A stretch of DNA of 64,000 bases, taken from Nemertoderma westbladi. Taxonomy: Eukaryota > Animalia > Xenacoelomorpha. A program made the translations under genes and the position numbers. Positions 1-12,400 of the stretch are shown one piece after another; position 1 is the stretch's first letter, and each line of letters begins with the position of its first letter. The stretch lies in the NCBI GenBank assembly GCA_032718475.1, contig JAUCBJ010007911.1:16422-80421 (forward strand), given 5' to 3'. The notes under the pieces are model-generated. The model ran no database searches, had not been told where the DNA came from, and was given only the letters and a program-made list of their open reading frames with translations.

Positions 1-20
1 GTCTCTAGCTGCTCCCACCT

Positions 21-1208
21 CTAATACGGCGTATCTACCTCCCCGTCTACCAGATATCGGCTGTTGTAGTACACCGACTCGCCCTTCAGCCCCAGGTGGT
101 CTACCAGACCCTCGAAAGCCGTCTTAAAGGCTCTTCTGTAGCTTAGGGGTGATCCCGATAATAGGAATGCCGTTGGTTCCCTCTCGATAACCACGGTCAT
201 GAATAGGTTAAGCAAACCCATCATTATCCAGTCCTCCTGTAGGATATATCGCTTCTGATATACCTTTATCGCTCCTCTCCGGAATTGATACACCTCTTGT
301 CTCCCTGGCCTCGCTCCCCACTTCAGCGAGTTCACCAAGTCCGCTCCGTACTCCTCTCTGAACTTACTCCAGTCCATCGGTTTGTGACACACAAGCCCCA
401 TTAACTGGCCCATTGCCACCGCCCCGCAATGTCCTGTGTTCTCCACTAGTCCCAACCCGTCTGGTGCTGTCATAGCCATATAGACCGTCTGCATATCCAG
501 AAGGTTGGGGGTGTCCGGACCGATGATTCTCTCCGCGTCATCGCGAATCGCTGATCCCACTTTTGTCGTCGACTTCTCTCTCACTAGGGTTTGCACCGCC
601 TTCGGCAACCGGTTCAACTTCGGCCCGTCTTTCTTTCCATACATTCCTAGATCGAATAGGAATATATCCCCATTTGGCGCGGCCAAATGTAGGAGTATGG
701 TTCTGGCCGACCCCGCCGATCCTCTCCTCGAATCCTCCTCGTCTTCCACGGTTCCTTCGTCGTCTAGGATCATGTATCCTCCCCTGCTGACGGACTCTAC
801 GAACCTCTTCCAATCTTTCCTCGGTGGCTCTCTCGCGTACTTTGGAATCCCGTACTTCGCCTCGTCTCCTTTCACCACGTAGTGGAAATGCTCGAAGATC
901 GCATTGTCCAGCGACGGCGTCCCGTAGGTCCCGACCAGCCGCTGTTCGTGCACCTCCCTGAAATGGTCCTATAGCGCTCACGCTGCGTGACCTCTCTCTA
1001 ACCGCTCGTAGTATCCCCTCATCTTCTCTTCCGGATGCCTCTTGGTGAAATCCACTAGTATTTCTTTTCCTCCTGACTCCGCCTTTCTCTTCCTGATCAG
1101 TTTCCCTGCCATTCCGAACTCTTTCACTCGCTCACCTGTAAGGTGGTGCCTTGCCAAGGCGCAGTACAGATGAGTGATAAAGTTAAGATGGTCTGTACAG
1201 TTCGACAA
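21..1208 (-). pseudogene. DEDDy 3'-5' exonuclease (WRN/EXD2/mut-7-like) domain ORF, interrupted by in-frame stops
   Basis: ORF 21..953 has ExoI-like ILDDEG, LLHLAAPNGDIFLFDL, LPKAVQTLV..KVGSAIRDD (ExoII), LDMQ, W-x-x-RP and YQKRYILQED (ExoIII YxxxE/D). ORF 978..1208 is in the same frame, separated by TGA (978-980) and TAG (969-971). The frame continues RWEQLE past the TAG at 21-23. Confidence 0.75.
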
Positions 1209-1544
1209 TGGCCTATTTCCTACTTACTTTTGAGTTATAGCCTAAATTTTACTACTTTGTTTCTGAAACTATCAAATTGTGCCCTAAATTACAATTTTGT
1301 CCGTTACTTTAATTATGTTGCAGAATTTACTTTCTACTGTTACCATAATTTGTTGATTTTCTAATTTCTCATTTATTTTAATTTAATTCAATCCTACTAC
1401 TGTGCTACTACTTACTATTGCCAATGGATTACTCTATTTCATAATCCACATTCTGGCCTACTCTGTGGGCTTGTGCAGTACAACAGTATGCGTCGTGTGG
1501 CCTATACGATTTATCCAGCTGTACTCATATGCCCCCCTCTCGCT

Positions 1545-2075
1545 ACTCACTACTAACTAATACCTACATTATACATACCCTTCTACCACTAACTCTTACT
1601 ATCCGGTGCTACGTACCCTCTTACTAACTTCTAACTAACTTCTACCAACCAGTACTACGTACCCTCTTACTAAATCTAACTCCGCTAACTAACTAACTGG
1701 TACTTACATACCCTCTTACTAACTCTAACTCCGCTAACTAACTAACTGGTACTTACGTACCCTCTTACTAACTCTAACTCTCTTCAACTAACTAATGGTA
1801 CTACGTACCCTCTAACTACCTCCAACTCTCTTCAACTAACTAACGGTACTATGTACCCTCTAACTACCTCTAACTCTCTTCAACTAATTAACGGTACTAT
1901 GTACCCTCTTACTAACTCTAACTCTCTTCAACCAACTAACGGTACTATGTACCCTCTAACTACTTAGCTAACTAACGGTACTACGTACCCTCTGACTACT
2001 AACTCCTACTAACTAATGGTACTACGTACCCTCTAACTACCTACTCTTACTATCTGCCTAACTCTTACTAACTTC
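1545..2075. repeat. Degenerate tandem repeat of about 40-49-bp CTAAC-rich units between integrase and the exonuclease ORF
   Basis: Recurrent ctaactaac(t/g)ggtactacgtaccctc(t)taactaactct; tccgctaact occurs at 1681 and 1730 (49 bp apart). About 10 copies. Confidence 0.85.
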
Positions 2076-2199
2076 CATCTGCCTACTTTCTCTTCCTTTA
2101 TTTATTATTTTTTATATTTTATTTTATTTGTGGGAAGGGCGTCTCGCCCTCAATCCCACCCCCCTCAGTCCAAAACTTGGACGACTAAACTCTTCACAA

Positions 2200-4062
2200 C
2201 TATGGTGCTCCCTCTAATAGGCAGCACTTGCCTACAGCCCTTCTATAGGTCTTTCTATCTTTCGCTCCCATCTTCCCACCTATCCGCACTTCTACCGAAC
2301 GGACTCTTCCGTCCTCGTCGGAGTAAGTGCCCACAACTCTCGCCAACCGCCATTGGTTGTTGATGATGGTATCATCCGTGACGATCACCAGATCACCCTC
2401 CTTTAACTCTTTGTTCGTGTTCCTCCACTTACATCTCCTGTGGAGCGTGGGTAGGTATTCCTCGACCCACCTCCTCCAGTACTCTGCGCTTATCGCTTTA
2501 GCGACTTTCCAACTCTGTTGGGAGTGTATATCGTCTGGGTCTACACCCCACATGTCGATGGTCGCTGACCTCTCCATTAGAAAGTGACTGGGCATCAGCA
2601 CATCTAATGACTCCGGGTCATCATTTTCTGGGTATAGCGGTCTGCTATTAATGATACCCTCGCACTTTGCTAGTACCGTCCTCAGCACGTCCTCTGTAAC
2701 CATGTGGGTGTTCATCAATTTCGTCATCAGACGCTTGGAACTACCCACTAGTCTCTTGACGCATCCTAGAGTATGCGGAGCATACGGCGTCCTCCTCTCC
2801 CACTTCACTTGTCGTCTTCTCATGGCTGCTCTGACTTCTTCCCCTTCCAGGATATCCAAGGCATCCGCCATCTCGTTCTCCACCCCCACAAAGTTGGTTC
2901 CGCTGTCAGAATATATTACTGCAATCGTCCCACCTTTGCGGTCTCTGAACCTTTCTAGAGCATTAATGAATGCTGATGCGGTTGCATCTTGGGCGAGTTC
3001 TATCCCTACCGCCCGTGTATTGTTACATACGAAGATGATGCCGTAGCGCTTCTCCGTGTGCCGCATCACCTTAATCTTTATTGGCCCGAACATATCCACA
3101 CCGCAATGCGTAAATGGCGGGTCGTGCTGTCTTACTCTACTGGCCGGTAGTGGCGCCATTTCCTGTATGGCCCGCTCCTTCTTAGCTCGTCGGCAGGTCT
3201 GGCATTGCCCCACTACCGCCTTTACCTTCTTTCTCAACTGTTTGACCCAAAAGGTCCTTCGTATCTCTGTGAGGGTACGGTTGGTGCCCCCGTGCAATAT
3301 CGACTTATGGGAGTCCCAGATGATCTGATGGACTATCGGTGATCCATTGGGGATGATGATGGGCTTTGGTGGGATGACAATACTGTTGTTGTTCAACACC
3401 CTAGAGTTCATTACTAGGATCCCGTCATCAATAAGTTGTGGTGACAGTGCGATCAGTTCGCTGTCCCGTCGGAGATGCTGTTGTTTACCGACGCGTTCCA
3501 CTTCGTTGCCGTAATTCTTCCTCTGTTCGTAGTGGATGACGGCTTTGGCCGCCCCCTCCAGATCGACGGTTATTTTACCCTTTGTATCTCTACCGATTCC
3601 CCTAAGGAAGTCCCCGAAGGCTCTCCAGTACGCTACTAACTTCTTGGTCTTATACCAACTAGAGCTGTAGCTAAGGAGTTTGTCCGTTGGGTTATCGCAC
3701 AGTTCTTCCGGTTTCGGTTGCACGTCCCTTATCTCCCTCACCATCTGGCTGTATATCTCCTCACCTTCTGAATCTACTCCCTCCTCTTCTAACGCTACTT
3801 GTTCTGCGCCCGGGTCCACCTTTCTCATCGGCAGCCAGGCTGTCCTGTCGTTCAGAAATTGCGGCCCATGCTGCCACAATACTTCCTTCTTCAAGAAAGT
3901 GTGGCGTGCCACGCCCCTCGATAACAAGTCCGCTGGGTTCTCGTCCGTTGGGCAGTAGTGCCACCTTCCTAACTCCGTAATTGCCCTTATTTTGTCCACC
4001 CTATTTGCGACGAATATAGGGTATCTCGTCCTTTCGTTGTGTAGCCAACCGAGCACTACCAT
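2200..4062 (-). pseudogene. BEL/Pao Pol: RNase H C-terminus and integrase
   Basis: FVANRV, ENPADLLSRG, zinc finger H..HGG...CQTC, GVDMFGP, YSDSGTNF, GCVKRLV (the catalytic Glu of GxxER is Lys), C-terminal W.LARV...DEDGRVRSVEV. Confidence 0.92.
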
Positions 4063-4064
4063 GG

Positions 4065-5614
4065 AATGAATGGTGTGTTTCCACTATGTTGGGAATAGCG
4101 TCCACTAAGTAGGCTGTGGCCCTAACTCCTAATCTCGCAGCTGTCAACTCGAGTTTCGGAACTGATGCTGAATCTGGTGGCGTCAACTTCGCTTTACTGA
4201 ATGCGAGTCTGGGCTTGTGAGCCCCCTCTCTTTGTACTAAGTAGAGTGCCGCTCCGTATGCCTCTAATGACGCATCGGAGAACATATGTAAATCCAGATT
4301 CGTCATGTCCCCATCCGGGAAATATACACGTGGCATGCTGCATGTTCCCATCTGCTCTAAACTCTCTGTCCACTTGCTCCATTGATTGCTAATCTCTTCC
4401 GGGACCTCTGTGTCCCATTCGTCCTTTAATTTGTATACTCTCTTGAGTATCTGTTTCCCCGTGACTAGTAATGGGGATGCTAGGCCTAGGGGATCGTATA
4501 TCCTCGCTATATACGACACATAGCCCCTCTTTGTGTGGATACCTGCGCCCTCCTGACTCAACTGGTATTTCAACTCGTCTGTCTCTCGGTTCCACACGAT
4601 TCCTAGTGCCTTCTGCTGGGACTCCACTCTCTTGTTCGCCATGTCCTGTCCCTTGGCTGTTGTGGGATTCTCCATGGTCGACTCTGGCCTCCTGTCCTCT
4701 ATGGCTTTCATGAACTCTTGCGAGCTGGATTGGAACTTGGTTAGGTTGAACCCGGATCCTTTTAGGATGTCGCGAACCTCGCGCCCCGTGTCCAGTAGTT
4801 TCTTAACCATATTTCCAGACTCCATCCCGTCATCTACATAGAAACCTCGTCGAATCATATCGACGGCTTTGGTGCTGAACTTATTCTCCTTCCCTTCTAC
4901 CGTGTCTCTTATGGCCATAGTCATTGTAAACGAAGACGACTTGGCTCCCATATTCTGTACTATCATCTTATACATTGGTATGGTCGACGGTTCCTCATCG
5001 CCGTCGTACCATAGGAAGCGCTGGCTATCGCTATCCTCTTCCGTTACACGGACTTGGTTGAACATGCCTTCGATGTCGCAGGTGAAAGCGTGTTTACCAT
5101 TCCTGAATCTGAGTAGGACCTCGATCCCTGAGTTGTAGATGTTGGGACCCTCCAGCAGATAATCGTTTAGGCATTTTCCGTTGGTCTTGGCCGATGCATC
5201 AACTACCATCCGCAGTTTACCTTTCTTTGGGTGTAGAGCCACGTGGAGTGGCAGGTAATAGGTCCTGTCCGTGTTTGGTTCATCGACCGGTAACTCCACG
5301 GCCCATCCTTTCTCGACATACTTTCTAATTGTCTTATGAATGTACTCATTCTTCTCGGGGCTCCGTTTTAGCGTCTGCTTCAACTTACGAAGCCTTGTGA
5401 GTACCATCCCTTTGTTGTCGGGTAACGGTAGCTTCAGTAGCTTCCATACCATCCCTATGGTATACTTCCCCTCATCGCATGTCATCGATTCCTTTACACT
5501 TTGTAAAGCCTGCTTGTCTTCTACCGAGGTTCCGATCCTGGTCTCCTTTAATCCCTCAAAATCCCGCCTGAGCAGTCTCCTGAGCTGCTCCTCCGCTCCC
5601 TCATCTCCCATTTC
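4065..5614 (-). pseudogene. BEL/Pao Pol: reverse transcriptase and RNase H N-terminus
   Basis: CDIEGMFNQV, QRFLW, MGAKSS, FYVDD, KALGIVW, IYDPLGLASP, FSDAS. A frameshift near 4065 separates it from the integrase ORF. Confidence 0.93.
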
Positions 5615-6930
5615 TCACATGATTCCCGCGAACATGCATCCTGATGTCTCCGACATCCTAAATGGTATCTTACTCCTGATTGGGCCACTCAGCGTCCACC
5701 CGAATGGTGTTAATATCGCCACCGGGTCACACTGCCTGTCTTCGCCGAAGACCGTTTGCATTCTCTCGTGGGCCGTCGGGCAGTCCATTCCTACTATGAT
5801 GGATACCTTCCTGACGTCCACCTCTGGGATTGAGAAGTCAATACTGTCCAGGAATCTATATTGTTCGACCTCGATGTTGGTTGGCCGCCTGGCGTTAATA
5901 TTTATCGACTCTATCACCTGGATGGGGTCTATGGTCACCCCATAGTTGCATCCCGGTGCTATCGCTGCTATCGCGCACCGTCCGGTCCTCATCTCCAGAA
6001 CCTCATCTTTGCTGGAGATGGTTGTTACCGCCATTCTACTTGGCCTCGTTCTCAATCCTATCTCTTCGGCCACCCAATCCTCAACTAAGGTGAAGGCTGC
6101 ACCACTGTCGACCAGCATCAGTGTGGTTACTGATCGATTGCCTTCCCCGATTATCCTTACTGGTACTACCCCCAATAGTACCGTTCCTCTCTTCCTCGCC
6201 ACTACGGTGCTCGTTGCCATTGTCTGTCCTTTACTCTGACCGAACTTAATTGGCATTTCTTTGCATTGGTTGGCTCTATGTCCACTCATCACACATCGCG
6301 AGCAGATTTCATTTTTTCTCGCGTATTCTACCTGATCTTCCCTGGGTAGCGCCTGCCAATACCTGCAGTTCATGGTCCGATGAAGCGCATTTGTGTGTAG
6401 TTGGCATTTGCTCTTTGGGTTGTAGCCATCCTTATAAAGTGTGTTGCATATCGCACTTATATTTGTACCAAAGTCCCTACTATTCTTATTCTTTGGGTTC
6501 GGCCTACTGGGCGTGCTGGGGTTATGGTTATTTGTGTTGTTGTTTTTCCCCTGTCCGCTCCATGATGTGGTCTTACCCCCGGCTACTTGTGGACTGGTAG
6601 TCAGTCCCCAGCGTTGCTGCGTACGGCAGCGACTGTCTGAGCTTTGGCAATTCATTTGACGCGTTATGCTCTGGTTTCGGCCTGTGGTAATTGGTCTTTG
6701 ATCCCTTTCCCAGGCTATCCTCGCTGTAGACTGGGTCCGTTATAAGTTCAGCTTCCTAGTTTAAGAAGCTTGACATCTCTTCTAAACCCGGTTCCGCACC
6801 CTTCCTATCTCGAGTGGAGAAAGCAATTTTCTCCACTTATTGCGCAGCCACATCGGTAGTGCCTGGGCTATCGTAGTGATGTTGTTGGACGCGTTGAGTT
6901 TGTATAGCGCGTCCAGCGTCGAGCGATCGC
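5615..6930 (-). pseudogene. BEL/Pao Gag C-terminus (zinc knuckles) and aspartic protease
   Basis: CQLH...HRTMNC and CSRCVMSGHRANQC knuckles, protease LVDSGA, IIVGMD, TPFGWTLSGP. The TGA at 5615-5617 is in frame with the RT ORF. Region 6660-6930 reads as frameshifted Gag (LYKLNASNNITTIAQALP..W). Confidence 0.88.
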
Positions 6931-6934
6931 TGTT

Positions 6935-7260
6935 AGCTAGTATCACCCGTTAAATCAATTAAATCCTCCAAATCAATTAAATTGTTTTGCACGCCTAAAT
7001 TAGAAACGGAATTATTTTGTTTGTTGTTTGTATCTGAATTATTCTGCGTATTTATATTATTTGGATTATTTTGTAAATTTACATTATTTGAATTATTTTG
7101 TAGATTTATATTACTTGAACCATTTGTATTTAAATTTAAATTACTACTACTAGGTAAAATATTTCCTGCAATGAAAGTTTGGTTAGAATTATCCAATACG
7201 GTACTATTAATATTAACGTTATCTACTGTATTATTATTACCCCCCCCCCCCCCCCCCCCC
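6935..7260 (-). other. AT-rich foreign segment with an Asn-rich open frame and a 20-nt C run, inside gag
   Basis: Abrupt switch to AT-rich sequence. Minus frame reads NNNTVDNVNINS...QNNLIDLEDLIDLTG. Poly-C at 7241-7260. Confidence 0.65.
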
Positions 7261-8697
7261 GCCCGTACGGTCACACCAGTCTTGGGTCTGTCGTGCGGTC
7301 CCTGTAAGTGGGGTATTAATAAATGGTTCCACAACCCTTGGCTCCTCATAAATACTCGAGCCAGCCTCGCTCTCTGACAGCCCCATCTGCGCCAGTTCTA
7401 GTCGGCGCTTCTGTTTCGTCTGATACTGCATAAGCCCCCTTAGCCGGGCATGCATACCATCCCGAACACGTTTTCTCTCACTCTCTCTCTCTCTCTATCC
7501 TCCCGTGAACTCTGATTGGCTAACTCTGCCTCTCTCGCAACTCTCTTAAGTTGTCTCTCCTCACGTTCTCTCCGCTCATTATCCGCCCTCACCTCACGCT
7601 CTTTATGTTCCGCCTCACGCTCTTTACGTTCCGCCTCACTCGCCGCCTCGCGCTCCTCTTGCTCCTTCCTTTCCATCCTTCCTATTTCCTCGCACTTCCT
7701 AAAGCTTCTCGCGGCCCTCTCGGCCCTCTCTTTGTTCTCTCTTAACCAGCTCTTTCTCCTGCTCTATTAACGCACTCTCTTCCTCTAACTGTCTCACTAA
7801 TTCTCTCTGGTCTAGCGCCGCAAGATCGAGTTGGCACGCCAGATCTATTTCTCGCACCCGTTTTTCTTTTGCGGAGGATGTAGTGAACTTATCGGTTGCG
7901 ACGGACTCCCCTCGCCTTCCCGTCCTGCTAACTTTCCCCCGCCTCCCGGAACTTCCTCCGACCGACGAGACCGAATCCTCGGGTTTAACTTCGGATTCGC
8001 CCTCCTCAGGTCTCTTCCAACCCACTAATTTTACTCCCCGGGCATCGACTAAGTATGGCCCTACGTACACTACGCTAGGTTCCATACCCCTACATTCCCA
8101 TAGTTCAAACAGTTCGCTGGCAACCCATCTCGCTCTCTCATCGGCCAGTTCTCCCTGTCCAAAACGCATTAAGTAATCAAAGTGTCTGTTCGACTCACCT
8201 AATCGTTTCCTCAGCTTTACCTCGTCTACCTTCGCCCCTCCTTTGGCCTCTTTCAGTTGCTTTCGGGTCGCGGCGTAGGCTCGTCGGAGCCGGTCGCTGA
8301 CCCCGACGTCCTCGTCGCCGACGTCTCCTTTGTCCCTCCGTGTCCGGCGTCGTACCGGCGGCCCCACCGTCGTCGTTCCGGTGGGCCGTCTGTCGCCCTC
8401 GGCCTGTGGCTGGCCGGCGACTTCGGCACGTCGACCGCCGCTGTGTGTTGACTCGTCTCTCTCCCCCCTCGACTCGTCTCTCCCTTCTCTCGATTCGTCT
8501 CTCCCTTCTCTTGATTCGTCTCTCCCTTCTCTCGACTCGCTCTCTCGTTGTAGACGGCCCCCCTCCTCTTGGATTGCCGAATCACCTATTATCGATGGAT
8601 CCGGCATCGTGGGTCTATACCGTCGCGTCGCGGCCTCGCGGATCGTTAGATCGCTGTCCGGGGTCCGCGGCGGTGTCGCTTCTCCTTCTCGACTCAT
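7261..8697 (-). pseudogene. BEL/Pao Gag N-terminal low-complexity and coiled-coil region (frameshifted)
   Basis: ATG at 8697. E/R-rich coiled coil and a PEDSVSSV motif typical of BEL Gag N-termini. Broken into ORFs 7699-8697, 7440-7676 and 7237-7455. A 21-bp repeat (REGRDES x about 4) lies at about 8450-8545. Confidence 0.75.
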
Positions 8698-8931
8698 CTT
8701 TACTTCACTTTAGTATAGATTGGTGGCTGGCAGTCACAGTAACAGGCAGCTTGGTTCTTTCCACTAGGGCAGTCAGGCAGTTGCTCGATCTTTCCACTAT
8801 TAGGGCAGCTGCTAGGTTTCTATAACTCAGGGCAGTGTGAGTCTTATCACTGTGACGGGATCCACCGAGGATCCCGGTTTATCCGATTTCTTAACTACGC
8901 GTCCCCGCCGTGTGCATGAAAAGAGTCCTGG

Positions 8932-9432
8932 TGTTACTGTGTTATTAACTCTGGTTATTGTTGGTAACGTATGAATAATGTATAGAGTATAAGCACAGTT
9001 TATGGATTGCAGGATTGGATGAGTACCGGTAACGTACAAATGTGATATAATGGCAGTGGACGGAGACGGTGATAAGAGTCTCGGTACCACCCTAACTAAC
9101 TGACTAAAGAGTGAATGAATGATACACTGACATGGTAATATATTGCACCGGTTGGCTGCATTACACTACTCAGCCGATGCCTTCCCCCCATTGGCTAATA
9201 ACTCACTTGTCACCCTCCCATTTCCCTGGGTGTGCTTCCCCCCCCCCTGCTGCTGTCTCTCTCTCCCTCCCGGAGGTATAACCTCTGACCCCCGCTGTGT
9301 GTGTTCCCTTGGGGCCTATTGTCCCCGCTTATTGGGGTGACACGAGGTTGATTGGTAACCAACCTCGTGCTCCCAATATTGCTTAAAACCAACTCTGTGT
9401 GGGCCTGGTTAGCGGAATTGAATACGCTAACA
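8932..9432 (-). repeat. Candidate 5' LTR (about 500 bp)
   Basis: Bounded by TGTTA (8932 or 8940) and TAACA (9428-9432). It lies upstream of gag and ends sharply at the satellite. No second copy in the window, and no canonical PBS was recognised. Confidence 0.45.
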
Positions 9433-12400
9433 AGTAAAATCAACACCAAAGTCAGTATTGAGCCTGCAATATCGAACAGTAAAATCAACACCAGAGTCAG
9501 TAATGAGCCTGCAATATCGAACAGTAAAATTAACCCCAGAGCCAGTAATGGGCCTGAAATATCGAACAGTAAAATCAACACCAAAGTCAGTATTGAGCCT
9601 GCAATATCGAACAGTAAAATCAACCCCAGAGCCAGTAATGAGCCTGCAATATCGAACAGTAAAATCAACACCAGAGTCAGTAATGAGCCTGCAATATCGA
9701 ACAGTAAAATCAACACCAGAGCCAGTAATGGGCCTGTAATATTGAAAACATCAACACCAGAGTCAGTAATAAGCCTGCAATAACATCAACACCAAAGTCA
9801 GTGATGAGCCTGCAATATCGAAAAGTAAAATCAACACCAGAGCCAGTAATGAGCCTGCAATATCGAACAGTAAAATCAACACCAGAGTCAGTAATGAGCC
9901 TGCGATATCGAACAGTAAAATCAACCCCAGAGTCAGTAATGAGCTTGCAATATCAAACAGTAAAATCAACCCCAGAGCCAGTAATGGGCCTGTAATATTG
10001 AAAACATCAACATCAGAGTCAGTAATGAGCCTACAATAACATCAACACCAGAGTCAGTAATGAGCCTGCAATATCGAACAGTAAAATCAACGCCAGAGCC
10101 AGTAATGAGCCTGCAATATCGAACAGTAAAATCAACACCAGAGTCAGTAATGAGCCTGCAATAACATCAACACCAGAGTCAGTAATGAGCCTGCAATATC
10201 GAACAGTAAAATCAACCCCAGAGCCAGTAATGAGCCTGCAATATCGAACAGTAAAATCAACATAAGTGTCAGTAATGAGCTTTCAATATCGAACAGTAAA
10301 ATCAACCCCAGAGTCAGTAATGAGCCTGCAATATCGAACAGTAAAATCAACCACAGAGCCAGTAATGAGACTGCAATATCGAACAGTAAAATCAACCACA
10401 GAGCCAGTAATGAGCCTGAACCCAGAGCCAGTAATGAGCCTGCAATATCGAACAGTAAAATCAACCCCAGAGTCAGTAATGAGCCTGCAATATCGAACAG
10501 TAAAATCAACCCCAGAGCCAGTAATGAGCCTGCAATAACATCAACCCCAGAGCCAGTAATGAGCCTGAAATATCAAACAGTAAAATCAACACCAGAGTCA
10601 GTAATGAGCCTGCGATATCGAAAAGTAAAATCAACCCCAGAGTCAGTAATGAGCCTGCAATATCGAACAATAAAATCAACCCCAGAGCCAGTAATGGGCC
10701 TGTAATATTGAAAACATCAACACCAGAGTCAGTAATGACCCTGCAATAACATCAACACCAGAGTCAGTAATGAGCCTGCGATATCGAACAGTAAAATCAA
10801 CATAAGTGTCAGTAATGAGCCTGCGATATCGAACAGTAAAATCAACCCCAGAGCCAGTAATGAGCCTGCAATATCGAACAGTGAAATCAACACAAGTGTC
10901 AGTAATGAGCCTGCGATATGGAACAGTAAAATCAACCCCAGAGCCAGTAATGAGCCTGCAATATCGAACAGTAAAATCAACACCAAAGTCAGTATTGAGC
11001 CTGCAATATCGAACAGCAAAATCAACCTCAGAGCCAGTAATGGGCCTGAAATATCGAACAGTAAAATCAACACCAAAGTCAGTATTGAGCCTGCAATATC
11101 GAACAGTAAAATCAACCCCAGAGCCAGTAATGAGCCTGCAATATCGAACAGTAAAATCAACCCCAGAGTCAGTAATTAGCCTGCAATATCGAATAGTAAA
11201 ATCAACACTAGAGCAGGAATGGGCCTGAAATATCGAACAGTAAAATCAACACCAAAGTCAGTATTGAGCCTGCAATATCGAACAGTAAAATCAACCCCAG
11301 ATTCAGTAATGAGCCTGCAATATCGAACAGTAAAATCAACCCCAGAGCCAGTAATGAGCCTGAAATATCGAACAGTAAAATCAACACCAAAGTCAGTATT
11401 GACCCTGCAATATCGAACAGTAAAATCAACCCCAGAGCCAGTAATGAGCCTGCAATATCGAACAGTAAAATCAACACCAGAGTCAGTAATGAGCCTGCGA
11501 TATCGAACAGTAAAATCAACCCCAGAGTCAGTAATGAGCTTGCAATATCGAACAGTAAAATCAACCCCAGAGCCAGTAATGAGCCTGCAATATCGAACAG
11601 TAAAATCAACCCCAGAGCCAGTAATGAGCCTGCAATATCGAACAGTAAAATCAACACCAGAGTCAGTAATGAGCCTGCGATATCGAACAGTAAAATCAAC
11701 CCCAGAGTCAGTAATGAGCTTGCAATATCGAACAGTAAAATCAACCCCAGAGCCAGTAATGAGCCTGAAATATCGAACAGTAAAATCAACACCAAAGTGA
11801 GTATTGAGCCTGCAATATCGAACAGTAAAATCAACCCCAGAGCCAGTAATGAGCCTGCAATATCGAACAGTAAAATCAACTCCAGAGTCAGTAATGAGCC
11901 TGAAATATCAAACAGTAAACTCAACTCCAGAGTCAGTAATGAGCCTGCGATATCGAAAAGTAAAATCAACCCCAGAGTCAGTAATGAGCCTGCAATATCG
12001 AACAGTAAAATCAACCCCAGAGCCAGTAATGGGCCTGTAATATTGAAAACATCAACACCAGAGTCAGTAATGACCCTGCAATAACATCAACACCAGAGTC
12101 AGTAATGAGCCTGCGATATCGAACAGTAAAATCAACATAAGTGTCAGTAATGAGCCTGCGATATCGAACAGTAAAATCAACCCCAGAGCCAGTAATGAGC
12201 CTGCAATATCGAACAGTAAAATCAACACAAGTGTCAGTAATGAGCCTGCGATATCGAACAGTAAAATCAACCCCAGAGCCAGTAATGAGCCTGCAATATC
12301 GAACAGTAAAATCAACCCCAGAGTCAGTAATGGGACTGCAATATCGAACAGTAAAATCAACACCAAAGTCAGTATTGAGCCTGCAATATCGAACAGTAAA

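Larger units (their letters stand above)
1..9432 (-). mobile_element. BEL/Pao-family LTR retrotransposon, decayed; 3' end (3' LTR) presumably lies left of the window
   Basis: Minus-strand order Gag-PR-RT-RNaseH-IN. BEL-type motifs: YYLPLHVALHPKKGKLRMVVDAS, FSDAS...KLEL, WHYCPTDENPADLLSRG, WRRWVEEYLP. Right end TGTTAG (minus strand) at 9432 abuts the satellite. Whether 1-2150 belongs to the element is inferred. Confidence 0.9.

Noticed and set aside
505-8825. Plus-strand ORFs across the retrotransposon
   Set aside because: They are antisense shadows of the minus-strand coding frames with no recognisable motifs.
9072-9089. Possible tRNA-His-like PBS (minus strand TGGTACCGAGACTCTTAT)
   Set aside because: It has several mismatches to the expected PBS and is not preceded by an LTR-terminal CA, so it is not called.
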